Origin: Iphione sp. A-MEVVRFRX5
Taxonomy: Eukaryota
Length of the DNA stretch: 64,000 bases
Reading direction: 5' to 3'
Assembly: GCA_976226885.1 (NCBI GenBank)
Contig: OZ320313.1
Span: 112,282,001 to 112,346,000 of the forward strand
The translations under genes and the position numbers were made by a program. The stretch's first letter is position 1. Every line of letters begins with the position of its first letter. The notes beneath the pieces were generated by a model. That model was not told the origin of the DNA. It searched no databases and saw only the letters and a program-made list of their open reading frames with translations. Of the stretch, positions 35,323-50,400 are shown piece after piece.

Positions 35323-37949
35323 TAGTCTGCTAGTTCCATTGTCTTGTTTGATCAATCCACATTTTTGCTATATACCGCCTTTTCTTGTTCTTTAGTTGCA
35401 AGCACCATTACTTTGGTTTTCTCCGTGTATAACAGAGATTCATAAGCTGTGGGTCGTGATTCATATTTGTGTCACCGTATTATTCTGTTTGGGTCACCAA
35501 AGATCTACTATGAGCCATTTTCCATTGTGACGATACCGATATATTAGAGAATGTATCACTAGGCCAGCATGGTGACTAATATTTGGGTTGCAACTGAAAA
35601 AGGTTAAGAATCCCTAGTGTGTACTATTAATTTTTCCTAAGGAATTATTTTATGATATTATATATATCCTCCTGTTATCTCATTTCTTCTTTATTCATAC
35701 AGATTCCATAGTGATACATCCCTGTATAGTCAGCACCATCTCTATGTTTGTCAATTTCCGGGATCAGAGAGTATATTTATATTCACAGCATCAGATTATG
35801 ACCTCTTCTTTCAGTGAAAGTATGGACTGTCACTTAGTGGTGGCTATTAAAGTCGGCTATTCACAGTTATGGACGCTGGGCTTTTGTACATGTTACCTGT
35901 AGATTTTCCATTGGATAGTCTTATCATTGTGAGATTAGACCTTTATGTAGGCTGGCTCTCCATGCATCTGTGTTTCCACGGGCATGTTTCCATGATTGTG
36001 TTTCCGTGTCACCTTTGGGCATGTAAAGAAAGACCAGAAGTGCCTCGATCAATGTCCCTGTGTAGGATGCAGTGTGTTGTGTCGCTGTGTAGCCTATTTT
36101 TGGAATGGGAGATGTCCCCTTCCACTGGGCTCTGTGCTCCATGTCTCCACGTGTAGAAGAGGAGCTAGGCATATCTACTGGGGCAAGATAGGGGTTCTAA
36201 CACTCAAGTTGGTACAGATTCTATATAAGGGCCTATACCAAAACACTTCTGAAACATATGATGTAATATTATTAGCTGTATGAAATCCAAAATGGCGTAC
36301 CCTTATCGATTCGATTCAGAAGTTTGGCTTGTAAATTCCATCTAAATAGAGTGTGAATACATCCATTGGCTAAATCTTAAGCAAATTAGTTAATACAAAG
36401 AGCAAAAATACTTATAAAACATGTGCTAGAATCCAATATGGTAACATATTTTAGTGTTAACAAAGCAGGCAACGACCTGACCTATTGTCTAACCTCTCAC
36501 ACCCACAAGATTTGAAACTTTTAACCAATGATGCATGGTCTTACAGTTGTACATACTGTGGAAATCTAAGATGGCAGCCAAGAGACATTTTTGGGGGGGA
36601 ACGGCGAACAAGATTCTATAGGTTTTTGTCATCAGGACACTGCTTAAAAAGAATAAATTTCGTATGTGCGACCCACATGGACACTAGGTGTCCATCGCAG
36701 GAAGTGACATGTGAACCTGACAATTTAGGAACTTTAAATGCGCATATCGGTGCTGTTCTTTAAGATACAGAGATAACACTTACATTCCGGTTTTATGAAA
36801 CTATTAGCTTTCAGCAGAATTCTGTTGCATTCACATTTAACCATTATTACCTGGATATTTTCCACTATTGCAGGACAGTTGGGGGCAAAACTGTACATTT
36901 GTCACTAATTTCAAGACTTCCACATTGCAGCTTACTGCTGTATCTTCAACTAGTTTGAAAAAGTAAGCATAATTGGTTGCCATGTCAACAAAGAAGTATT
37001 CAAGATTTTCATTATCATAACATAGAGTACTCTATATACGTGTTCTATAGTTGCATAAAGTTTGAAGAAGTTTAATAATATAGTTTCCCCTTATTAATAA
37101 GTAATGCATTCTCAATTCAGTCTACAGAACCAACCCTCTATGAAATGCAGCAGAGGCAGTAGGGTTCTTGAGAATAAACCAGAGGTGATAAACTCAATAC
37201 CCACAAGGTCTGATGAAATTTTTTGTAGGACCACATCCAAAAGTAGCATTCAGCACTACTATTATTTCTTTCCTTCTGATGTGAACTTATCAGGTTGGTA
37301 TTAAAGCTTGGGCGCTACAGTTATTGTTTCTCGACTTGGTTAGTTAACATATTGACTAGTTGTGTAATGAATGGCTCACTTTCTAAAAGGCTAACCATAA
37401 AGTCCATCCATGATAGTCCATCACATTCATATCAAATACTTGGTTATACATTTTTTTTCTGCTTGAAGTTCACACAGGTGTGCATAAGTTTACAAATTAA
37501 GCACACATAGTATACACATGTACACGATATGTAGCTTGTCTCTATATTCATGGCAAGGCCCTACCTGAAGTTAACTCATGTCATCCATCGGACTTCATAT
37601 GGTAGCAAACAGTGAATATCTAGGTCTGTATTTGAAATCGTGACGAAAAACGATATCATGCCGCTATCAGTTGTGGGAGTAAAGCTAATTTTTTCTCTTT
37701 GCGGCAAACATGAGAGGTCGTTTCCTATTTATAAGAAGTTCAATTTATCACTATATATATTGTCACGTTCACGAATGGAAACCCTTACACCTACACATAA
37801 TGAAAAATATGACGAATAGCAAGTACTGATAACAAATAAATGTAATGGGAGAGGGCCTTAGGTATAGTGTCATGGTTCACGCCACACCTATAGCAAAGAT
37901 AAAGCTGGCCACGGTCAGATTGTAAATAATCCATGGGTGCAATATTTCT

Positions 37950-38120
37950 GGGTCGCTAGATAAAAGATTCGTGTCTGGTTGTGTGCGCACCTCTGTGTGT
38001 GCGTGTTCAGTCGTCGGGCTACGTCACATATCCGACTATCCGTGGATCGAGGCAAGAATCAAAGTCCAAGGGTAGCTTCCCCGCAGCTTGGACCGGCAAG
38101 TTAAGAGGCGACGTTGAAAG
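37950..38120 (+). promoter_or_regulatory. Candidate promoter and non-coding first exon of the villin gene
   Basis: A TATA-like GATAAAAG near 37958, a GC-richer patch, and a donor GAAAG|gtaggt at 38120/38121. A matching acceptor TCAACAG lies just before the ATG (39197/39198). No transcript evidence. Confidence 0.35.
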
Positions 38121-39202
38121 GTAGGTCTTGAAAATATTCGAATTTGTCTGCACGCTGCTTGTATTATTTGGACAAAACGTACATTGACGAAATGAAGTTA
38201 ATGCAATCTAATTGATCTGATTTGAAGGGTAGTCATTCCTGAACGTCAGGAGAACATATAGTTCACTTGTCTATACGGACAAATTAACCTCAGAGGAATT
38301 CACTACGTTTGGTTTCAGGTGATTGTTGCATTGTATGTAAATCTTGTGGTTTCTCAAACCGTTTCAACTTACACCATCTATTGTGTTCTTAATTGATGAC
38401 ACAACTAATCCAAAAGGTTGTTACTTTTTTGGGGCGTATATGAGATGTTCGTTCCATCACGTTGGTTAGATCCGTGTTTCTGTCGATAACAGGGGCGTGG
38501 CAAGGTCATGGTGAAACAGGAATCCATTGCGAATTTCCCCTTTGATAATTACCTTTGGGGCATTTGTATCATGAATAAAAGGTTCTTGCACATAACAACG
38601 AAACCAATTAGATACATGATATGTATAAATTAGCCTGATGTTGTATGGATATTTGTTTGTTAAGACGAAATTCTCACTGATATAATCGTGGACAATTCCC
38701 TCTTCAAGTTGTTTAATGTTGCTTGGTACCTAGATTGGTACCTGTGAATAACTAAATTGACCAAAACGAAAATCGCAACACGTATACATGCATTCCAGCT
38801 AATTTCCGATGCCCGTATACATTTCAAAACAGCAGTTCCTGTCCTAGTTGCCTATTTAATACCATCCAGGAAGCAGACCTCTCAGGGTAAAGGTCTGACT
38901 TTCATTCAGCCGGAAACGATTTTTCTGGTATAGGACGATGTTTTGCGACTCGTTAGATATTATCTTTTACGTTATCAGATATATCACTTAGATTATTGGA
39001 CATGTCGGTTTGTATATTCATAATTCATTCCCTGGATCCCACTGATGTGAACCACAAAGGTAACGCGATCATGTACACGGGGAGTAGCTGAAGTGCAGGG
39101 AATCAGGCTACCTGGATTTCTTCGATCTCTGAGGATGGGAGATAATCTTTATTACCTGAATTAAATGCTATCAGCTGTGTCCCATTTTGATCAACAGAAA
39201 AA

Positions 39203-42200
39203 ATGGCAGAGGAATTCGAGCACCACCAAGCATTCATTGGATCAGGACAGCAGCCAGGAATAGAGATCTGGCGGGTCGAGGTTCGCTATTCTCTATCTCC
39301 TTTTTTAAGTATTTACACGTACATGTGCTTGCCTGAGTAGACCAAAATGGTTCGACAAAACGAGTGCATGTAATTAAAAGAGAACATTTTTTCATTTATT
39401 GGATTGGTGCTACAATATCGCCCGTGTAATACATTAGGCATTTACATTGTGATAGCCTAGTTCATATAACAGGGGAATCTATTAATCTGTTAGCTTCCAA
39501 GCTTAACTGTGGTGTACTGAATGGTCAACAAGCAGGTTATTACAGAAACATTACTTATATATATTATACAAATGTTATTTCAGCAATTTGAACCTGTTAG
39601 ACAAGAAACTAAGGAAAACTCTGCGCAGTTCTATAATGGTGACGCCTACATTATCCTAAAGGTAGGTTATTTTGTCATTCACATTCTTCTGGGGTGAAGT
39701 TCAACAATAATATGACTTAAAAAACAAAGAAGCTATTTTTAAGCATTAAAAATTTAAATGGATCTTTTATAAATGATTATTTCTCTTTCATTGTAGACTG
39801 TAGGAGTAGGAAAGACACTTAATCACGATCTTCATTTCTGGCTGGGGAAGAAATGTTCGCAGGTAAGAGAATTCCTCAGTTATCCCATTTAAAAAGTGCA
39901 CAACCTCACAGCCATACTTGTTTGCCTTAGATGTATATATATATGTGTGGTATTGACGCTGCGCCCGTATTGAAGGGCACAGTGAAAAAGATTCTGAAAA
40001 TAATATGTTTCCTATTTACGGTACAGATTTCTATGTGTGTGAACCCTATGGCGATCTGCGACCGCATTAGTGAGATAAACAGGGGATTAAATGAGAGTTA
40101 TTTCGGGGATTTTTATTGATTTCCACGAGGCCTTCAATTAAGCAAATCACCGAATCTTAAGGTATAATCTAGCCGACTTGAAGTTAGGGGTTGCTAACTA
40201 TAACTGGCTTTCCAACTACTTAATTGAGAGGGAGCAGTATGTAGCCTGTAATGGGTGTGAATCCATAGTGAGACCAGTTACCTGTGCCATACTGCAAAGG
40301 TTGATACATACTTGGCACCCTCTTCTTCATCATCTTCATAAACTCACTCATGTCCTGGGTCACTCAGGAAAGGAGCTTCATCTATGCAGATGATGTGGCA
40401 GTAGTTGATGCATAGCTATGTGACATGTCAAGATAGTGTACAGTCATGATACTTGTCAATCAAAATGTTCTTCAACCAATGATGCAATGCAGTTAATGTC
40501 ACATGTCATAAACAGCCAATCTGTGCAGATGACATTTGAGCAACACTGCCACTTAAACATGACCATATTAAAATTATGACTGTCAGATGTCATTATGTGG
40601 TTATGTAAATGTATGGTCTTATATCCATTAAGAATATAGTGATGCAATATAATGATGCATCTATATTTATTTTCACAGTATCTGAGAAAATGCAGTACAC
40701 TGACACAGTGACTAGAAACGTTTTCATTTTGAACATTTTACATGACCATAGTAAAAGTATGATTGTCACATCATCATGTGATGGGTGGGTGTGGCTTCAT
40801 GATGGTACAGCAAAGGGAGAAATGTAGTGTAGGCCCTAATCAGGTAAGAAAGGCACTGTTTGAAATGATAGCCTCTGCAGATCAGCACAGAATACCTACT
40901 TAACAAGAAAAAGTCATATTATGTTTATATGAGAAACAGGACAAAGAGGGGAGACAGGGAAATCAAGGAAACCTTAGAAAGGACTCTAAATCTAAAGGTA
41001 GTCAGCCAGGTTAGGTTTCAAATGACTGCAGTAGATATTGTAAAGACAATGGTCCTACCGATTTCAGAGTATGTTATGAGCACCATTACTGCAATAGGTC
41101 GTTTGGTTAGAGCAAGAAAAATAGCCGTAAATGTACCCTACAGTTACAAGAAGGTGACAAATGATGTTATGAGAAGAGACTGTCACCAAAAGAAACAGAG
41201 CCCTCCTGCTCTTAGCAAACAGAAATGCAGATGAAATAGAAGTATATGTTGGTACACAAAATAGGCAAATAGGCAACTACTAATGATAAAGCCAAGAAAG
41301 GAATCGTATCATAGACTGATTGAATACACTTATTTCGTACTCTTGTAAGGGTTGGGAGTGGGGATCACCAGATTACGAGAGAAGACATTTTGCGTTTATG
41401 TCGAATGTTTTCACTAGGGAGCATGTATGGGACCATAGGGTCTCCTGAGGACTAATCGGGCCCCTGCTATGGGTAAAACAACCAGTGACAAGACCAAAGG
41501 TCAATTGCTGTATCTTAGCCTGTATATACACAGGAGCATAGAACAATGTACCTGCTCCTGTGAGGTTTGGAAAGGGATGTCAAAGTTGTTAATGAAAAAC
41601 CAGCCGTATCAACTGAGAGAAATTATGGTTGAAAAATAACTTATCAATCAGCTGTTGCTTCGTAGTGGTAGAAATATTTGTTACATCGGACCATGGAGCA
41701 ATACACCTGGTCCTGTGAGGGAATGGAGAGATAAGAAAACGACTAGGCAGATTCCAGCTCTCATACAAACAGAAATTTAACCAGTGGATCCTACGAACAT
41801 CATAGGCCAAAATAGCTATATCCAGGTACAGATACTACTACTCGAGAACCATCGTACACCGAACAATGTACTTACTTTCTTCAATCACCAACACTCTCAT
41901 CTCATTCCATCCAATTAGTTGCACCACAAACAAGGAAACAATACAACTGTAATATATTGGCGCAACATACTTTCTATATATCATGCCATTGGAAATTAAG
42001 ATTTTTTAGTAAAAAAAAACTTGTTTGAAATTGACTTTGTAGGATGAGTCTGGCTCGGCTGCCATCCATACCGTCGAACTGGATACCTACTTGGGAGGTA
42101 ATGCCGTCCAGTACAGAGAGGTGAGCAGCTCTTCATTAGAGTGCTTAGAAGGAAAATAGAATCGGTCGTTGACTCATTGAAGCCATGTAGCATTGGTAAC

Positions 42201-45200
42201 AGTAGACTAGTCTTAAGGACGCATGTGACAAAATATCATGTTTGATGAAAATGTCCCGATTTCAGGTACAAGGTCACGAGTCGAAGAAATTCTTGTCATA
42301 CTTCAAAAAAGGAATAAAGTAAGTTGTCCTTTGTTATACAGGGTCCCATGTAGCACTTCTTGTTGCTGGTAACTTGTTCGTTTAAATGAAATGTTTTATG
42401 GTAGAGCTAAGATGGTTATTGTGTGTGACAATAAATGCTGTTTTACTCCTAGATACCTAGAGGGTGGTGCCAAATCAGGTTTCACGAAGGTAGAACATGG
42501 CAAGTACGAGAAACGCCTCTTTCAGTGCAAAGGAAAGCACACGTGCCGTGTAGAACAGGTAGGAGGCAAGATCTACTGTTCCATGCTACTGAATCAATCA
42601 AGTTGTAATGCTTTTCGGTCTTTTTTTTTATCAAACTCTTATCACAGTACAAGTGCATTGGTTCATGTTCGCTTACGATAACACTGTCAAGCTTTCTTTA
42701 TCATTATCCATATTAGGTGGAGGTGAAATGCGGATCTCTGAATACCGGAGACGTCTTCATCCTTGATGACGGCCCCAACCTGTACGTGTGGATTGGACCC
42801 AATTCTTCACGTATGGAACGCATTAAGGTAGCAACCTAAAATGACTCATGCCTGTAAATGTTTTATGTTGTAAAAAGACTACAGTTCGACTTGCTCTAGA
42901 TGTGAATCAGATGCCGTTTGTAAATGTTTATTTTGGAGAGCAGTGTTTTGCTTGAGCAGTTCACGTATGCTTGTCTGTACACATATTTGCTTCCGCAGGG
43001 TATGGAGATTGCTCGTGGACTGAGAGACGAAGAAAAGGCTGGCAGAGCTCATATTCATATCGTTGGTAATTAACTTTCAGTCAATATTTCTGTTCGTGTG
43101 TGTATGTGAACATGTTAGTCATGCAAACAGGTCCTTCACAAGCATACGAAATATGCAATTACAGATGCGAACTTATAAATGATTCCCAAGAAATTTTTCA
43201 TTATTCACTACCGCAATGTTGCAGTTCAGGTAGCAGTGGTCCTGACTGTGATTTCAAACTTACTTCCTTGAATTCTTACTTGCCACGACAGAGAGTGACT
43301 GGGACACTAATGCCGCCTTCTTCAAGGCCCTCGGGTCACATGACAAGGTGATCCGCAGCCCAGACAAGGATGACGATGAGCTCATCCGAAAGCTCGACCA
43401 GGAGACTCTTCTGTACAGGTGAGTTGGCAGTTGGTTGTCTGACCAAACACAACAAAACATTTCATGTCTAACCAGCATTGCATTGCTCTGTCGTACATGT
43501 AAATACATGTAATTGCTCACGCGGAAATGTCGACATACTTGTATTACATGTAATTCGCCTAAGAAAATATGGAATTTTTACCGGTGTGGTCCAGTGGCGT
43601 GATTTTCTTCTATGGAACTGAAAATTCAGGCAATTTACATCAAGTATTTTACAGTAGTACCTCTATTTTCTCACTATATATTATGCTTTGCATACAAGAT
43701 TTTTCCACAAAAGGCCGAGACAAAAGCTTGGATTCCACACAGCACATGAATTGTTTAGATATATATATATATATATATGCATGAAATATTCAGTAAATAT
43801 TGACTCACAGACTGTTCCAAAGTGGACCACGACTCGGTTATAAGGACACGCAGGGCCACCCACTCAAAAGGGACATGTTACAGTCCAAGGTATAAAAGTT
43901 GTGCCACATCGAGGAGGCTGTGCTTCGCTGCTACAACTAGAATATATGGGATTCTGTTGTCATGTAGAGAGATAGTCTAGTTATAGCTGTGCTAAGTGTG
44001 AGTGTGTAAAGCTTGTGTACCCGTGCCTCAGCAAAGTCAATTTTCAGAAGATGCTTGCTTTCTCTTGATATCCCGGCTAAATCCTGAATTCATATAATGA
44101 CATGTATATATTGTATGGGAGGAGGTAATAAGCTCTTCATCTTCGATGGTAAACGCTTTGAATACAACAGAAATTATTGATATCAAAGTTCAATCTTATG
44201 TTATCTATAATTAACAACATTCTTTTTGCGAACATCACCCAGATATAGCTATTTAATTGCTCACCATGGCCAACTACGTGATGAATTTCCACCATGATAA
44301 ATGCCATATTGAAAACTTATTCTTAGGTTGCACTACTCACATACACCTTCTTAAAGGACAGCAAGAGCAAAAATAATATTAAAAGTTACACCTTTATTCT
44401 TTGACATCGACTGCAGAATTATAATAATTGCTGCTAACACCATTTATATTGGGAAAGCTGATATATTCAGATATTTTCCCAATTCATACTGATCACTGAC
44501 TAAGGAATGTTTCCCAGGGCTCACTCGCTATTCATTTGTATTTAATCTATATATATAGCGTAATACTATATGATATTCTACAATGCTGTCATCAGTCATT
44601 CATTAAAAAAGGCAGCCATTAGTGTAAACAAAATGGGAAAAAAATGTATAGATATACAATTCAGCTTAATATGAATGGTATGTTACATGTATAAAACGTT
44701 TGGGTACAGTCTGCTATGAAAAATAGTATAGTACCTGCTGTCAGCATATAAACAATTAACTAATTAACAATATACCACACCAGTTATACATCTGCTATGC
44801 TAAACAATAATGGTACTCTGTTGTTCAGTTGGCATTAACAATAATGCTCCTTTTATGTACAGCCAATGTCTTAGAGTGTACGCATCATGGGGCTTTCAAT
44901 CACATTTCTGTAGCGTAGTGCACATAACCATTATTTAACAATACATCATATCATTTATGTATCTGCAGTGCTAAACAATAATGATACTGTGTTGTTAAAT
45001 TTGCACTAACCTAATGTTCCATTAATGTACAACCGATGTCTTAGAGTGTAAGCGTCTCGGGGCTTTCAAACACATTTCTGGTGCACATACATTGTTCGTT
45101 GGGTGTGTATTTTGTTCTCATTTCTACACAATAATGTTGTTCTGTCTGGATCAAGCGGACATATATAAACATACCCTACATAGATGTACATATGTTAAGT

Positions 45201-47362
45201 GACATTTCGCGTGCTGCGGGCGCTATTGCTTTTCCCAGAGTGGGTGAACCCACACCCGACTCTGACAAGGAATACTCCATCGTGGAAGCTGGTGCTCTCC
45301 CCTTCAATCGAGAGATACTTCAGTCGATTGTGAGTAGTATTCCAGCATACCCATCCCACCAGGCATACATACTCTCTGTCTGTCTTGTAGTTAATGTTCA
45401 CTGCTGTCAAGTACATGCAGTAACTTGCCGTTTTCAGATGATGCGGAAAATAGAACTAAGGTGCCGTTCACATATATCCGTACAAAAAAAACATGTCTAT
45501 GGGTCTGTATCAATAGCCATCTCCTGCTGATTCATAAATTTGATTGCCCACACATGTATACCAGATGTGTAGTCACCATCGCTTTCTATGGGAAACGTTC
45601 TCTGTAAAAAAAAATCTGTCTGGGATGGGTTTTGAATATGGATATGCGTCCATAGCCGTTTTGATACAGATGCAATGAAAACAATCCCGTAGACGCTTTG
45701 AAAAAAATACGGATGCATGTGAAGACCCCCTAAGGCAACACAACATTGGCAATGAACTTAGCATGCTGTTTTATAAGCGAGGCATTCTACCTGTTTAATT
45801 TATTTTCTAATGATTCTATGGTATGTTCTCCCTGAAGTATAATAAGTTATCTAACCGCCTTTATTAAAAAAAGAATTAGGTATTTTTGTTCCATACCATA
45901 TACGAATCTCTTGTCTTTTTATACCATGTACATATACATTGTACTTTGGGAAGGAGGAGCCATAGCATACATAACCGTTTCCTTTTACTGATACATGTAC
46001 ATAGATTTGTGTTTATGAAAGGTCTTCATCATTATTAAGTGGTCATGTGTTTCGCAGTAGCTCACTAGATATCTGGCTATTGCAGTATTGCTTCGTGCTG
46101 GACTCCGGCCACACAGGCATCTACGTCTGGATTGGGAAGGAGACCTCGCTTGACTTTAGGAAGAAAGTGTGGAGTGCAGTGAACGTAAGATCTTAAAGAC
46201 GTCTGATCATAAATTGGTCTTACATGTACTCGATTTCTCTTTATTCCAGCAGCTTCCGAAGAATATTGACTCAAGTCACTCTTTCGGAAACAATATTTGA
46301 ATATAAAACACAATTAAAGAATAATTTACAAGGGGCAGTAGGCATCATTTGTCTTTCAAGACAGCACGGTCTCTCTAAGATGCCTCCATTTCTCGTAGGA
46401 TTTCATCGACGCCCGAGGTCTCCCGAGCTGGGTGCAGGTGACACGAATACTGGATGGCGCCGAGAGTCCGCTTTTCAAGCAGTATTTCTCCGACTGGGTG
46501 GACGAGGAAATTGTAGCTCCTGTCCCGGACGATGTCTCCGGCGACAACGTAGCCGGTATGTGCAATCAGGTTTTCTTTTCTTTGGATGGGGCATAAAATC
46601 ATAATACGAGCAAAACAATTCAAGCTCTTGTAAAAGAAAAGGGGCTACAACTACCAATCATGTATAAAACTCTCTCTATGAATGCGACAGTAGGTATTTT
46701 GCATGTATAGAGGTAATTAGAGGGTGAGTTCTAGAAGGGGTAGTAGTTGTGAAGTTGGGGACAGCGACCTCCACACAAAGAATCCAGCCTCAATGTGTGC
46801 CTGTTTATCGTCAGAAGTATGTAATCAGTTCATTACGATTCAAGGTCTTACTGTTTTTTTCTTTTAAATTCAAGTAGATGTAAATAAAAGATGGATTGCT
46901 TTGCTCTGTATCTAGAACAAAGCTATGAAGGCGTTGACGGCTCCTCCCTTCATACTCAAAAGAGACCTCCAAAGGCGCAGGAGTTCATGCCAGACGACGG
47001 TAGCGGAAAACTGACTGTGAGTCCTAGGTTTTGTTACAGCATGCTAAAAAACACGAATCTTGAAACACTGCAGGTGTCAACTGCACACACTCGTCCCTCC
47101 CTGTATATTCAGCATGCTAAAAACACGAATCTTGAAACACTGTAGGTGTCAACTGCACATACTCGTCTCTCCCTGTATATTCCAAAGTGACTCCAGAGTG
47201 CGACTTGGCTAGGAACTTGAACCTGCATCATACACTGGGTTTGTCAGCTGTTCAGACCACTATATTGTCTTGAATGTCTGAATCAGGGTTATCTGTCCGT
47301 ATACGTGCCTCTCTTTGAGGTATGGGAAAAGACTCCCATAAACTCCCCTCTTTTCCTGTCCT

Positions 47363-47411
<49 letters not shown>

Positions 47412-50400
47412 AGATGGCGTGGGATCACCAAACCCTCTTGACTTGGTTGGTAAATCTCTCATTTGCTGATTGGTTGGATGGTATAAATTAAATAACGTCC
47501 TTGGCCTTCGTTCACTAACAATATAATCTTTGGGGTACAATGTCTTATCCTTTATTTCCCCGAAACAAGGGCATCAGACATTTTTTACTAGAATAATGCA
47601 GACACCGTTTTGCTTATGCCACTGCTATTAAGTTACTTTCACCAGAGTGATACTTTATTTTTTATAAGCCAAGGACGGAATCTCTTTCGTAATCCAGTAA
47701 TTTATGCCCTGCTCATGCAGTACACAGACAGGTGTACCACCCTCCTAACGTTGTGTAATTTAATGTGTACTGCACAATATGCACCAAATGTGTACTGGGG
47801 GTTTTCCTGTCTTTAAGCCAGTACGATCTTTCAATGACCTTTTCGGAAACTAATATGGAATCAAGATGGTCCAGTACTTGTAGCAGTCTCTGGTATGTAC
47901 TTGTTTATCCACGCCGCACTTAACTGCTGGTCTTGTGCAGCAGAACTAAACTCATACACACCACATGTCCAACACAACTGTGCAGTAGTCCTTTCTAAGT
48001 ATAATAACTTTAAATTTGTCTTTATCAACCCGCAAATTTTTTAATCTTCATTAATCTTTGTGGTGTTTCCTCTCCACATTAGGTGTACCGAGTCGGCCTT
48101 GACAGCGAGCTCATCCTGGTTCCGGAGCACGCCCATGGGATCTTCTTTGGTGGTGACTGTTACGTACTTAGATACGACTATGAAGCTAATGGTCGCGATG
48201 CCCATATCATTTACTTCTGGCAGGTAAATAAACAGAACTGACTTTACGCACAAATGTACCTTAGGCCTAATTTCCATGTACCCATGTTTCCATGGCCGCA
48301 TTTGGCACCATGCATCTGCATAGATGGACATCTATGTCTACCAACTGAAGTGATTCCATGTTCTTGTATCTGGTCATGCTCTGTGGTGCTCCATGATGCT
48401 CTATGTTTAAGATTGAGATTTTCCCCAATTTTTACAGAGCATGGATTCATGTAGCTTAGAAGTACATGAAAAAGGGTTGTTTCCGGGTGAAGCATTCATA
48501 CCAGTGTTTGAGATGCACAAAAAGTTACAATAGATGCACATATGGGACAATTGTTACCCGATCTGTTACAAATTAGGCAACATTTGCCCGTTTTCTGTCC
48601 AACACATGTACAAATTATACCTAATCCGACATTATTCTGCCAAATTCATGCACATGTGGCACGAATCTCGCTAACCACGCCTTTTGTGTTCATTCCTGTG
48701 CTGTCTGTACCACTCTTTCATATGTATCTATGCTCAAATACGGGCAGTGTTTCACCATGTTTCCCCCTCACTGTGGTGACATGGTAACACAGCACTACAT
48801 GACGGCATGGAGACATGAGTACATGGAAATTAAGCGCTATACCGGAAAACTTTAACAATTAGCCCACATTATGTAGTAAATGATAAATAGTAAATGGAAC
48901 GAGAAAATGCGCCACTAAGCAATATGAGATGCAGTAATGTAAGTTAGGCCTAGTCAAAAATATATAATAGAAATATATCTTATGTAGCCTACCAACCCTG
49001 ATCCAAATTATGATCCAGGCAGTAGAAGTAATGGTTCAAGGCTTGGAAACATACATTTGTTGTCCTCAGGCTCGATTAACAATGAAAAAAAAATACCACC
49101 TACCTACTGACCCTATATTTTTCCAGCATGTTACTGGAAACACTGACATTTTCTTGGTATAGGTCTTACCAGAAAAAAATTGATTAGAATGTTTTTATCG
49201 TACGTAGTGTTCTAATGTAAATCCTAAGATCATGATGTTGTTCACTATTTCAGGGCCTCGAAGCAGACATAAATGAGAGAGGTGCTTCAGCCATCCATAC
49301 CATGAAGCTAGATGATGATCTTGGTGGAGAGGCTGTCCAGGTGAGGTGAAAAATCTTGAATCTTCCGATACATGTGCACATTTTGCCCACTACATCGATA
49401 AACTACATGCATAAATGCCGGTTAGAAAGGATTACTCTCCTTTTCGATAAGAGGTGTCCTTCCTATTCTAGCTCTATATTCTGTGCAATAAAGTTTACTT
49501 CAATGGCCGATGTCAGTTGATGATGTATGAGAAATAAGTAATCCCAGACAAACAAGGGCCGGTTGCAGTATAATTCTCCGTCTTGTTTTTGTAAAATGAA
49601 ATCAAATCCTTGTAGAGATAACGCATGAAACTCGTACTAATGTTTATATTGCAATCTGCCAAATACCTGTTTTTTTATTTGTGTTCTTTTCATTTGCCAA
49701 CACCATTATTCTTTCCTATTAAAACTTTAACATACTAAATTAAGGTATGTGTCGGTTTGATTAAATAACACCAAAGATTAATGATAAAGAGATCCTATTA
49801 AATACAACGTATTCTCGAATCAATCCCTTGAAACTTTGTCTTCTCTATTGTTTCAGATCCGCGTTGTCATGAACAAAGAACCCGATCACTTTTTGAAAAT
49901 ATTTGGAGGACGGATGATCGTATTCAGGGTGAGGAAAACCAAACATTTGTCCTTGCAGTTTGTAGCGTAAAGCAGATTCTTTCTTAGAGTTCAGGAATGA
50001 CGAGAGTGCTGTGGGTGTTCCCTATTTCAGGAAGGACACGTGAATGGCTTCCAAAGTGTAAAGGACCATGACTTCTACAATCCCGATGAGCCGCTGATGT
50101 TCCACATTCGCGGAGACGACCACGACCACACAAGAGCAATCCAGGTGCGTTATACATACAAACCTATCGTACATGTGTACAGTCTACCCCTCAGGAACCA
50201 AACACCCATTATTTCACACAATGTCGTTCGGTTAGCGGGCAAATTCGGTTACTAAGGGTATTTTACACTGGTTTCAAATCAACCGACACCTTAAAACTGG
50301 GGCCGTTATTAAACATGGCCTATGATCGTAAAATATATAAATTCGGATAGTGAGTGATTATTAAAAAAGGAATGATTATAAATATGTAGATAGGACTGAG

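Noticed and set aside
34090-35355. Long ORFs of 277 and 303 aa on both strands
   Set aside because: They arise from the palindrome, the minisatellite and read-through of the N gap, and show no protein motifs.
35700-36300. GC-richer stretch with several overlapping short ORFs
   Set aside because: No recognisable domain or consistent splice structure. It may be old TE sequence, but I cannot support that.
44865-45080. Two AG|AGTGTA.GC.TC..GG stretches resembling the RVSDASG start of gelsolin domain 3, as alternative exons
   Set aside because: Both belong to a tandem duplication. One has an immediate stop codon, and the other reaches a stop with no convincing donor.
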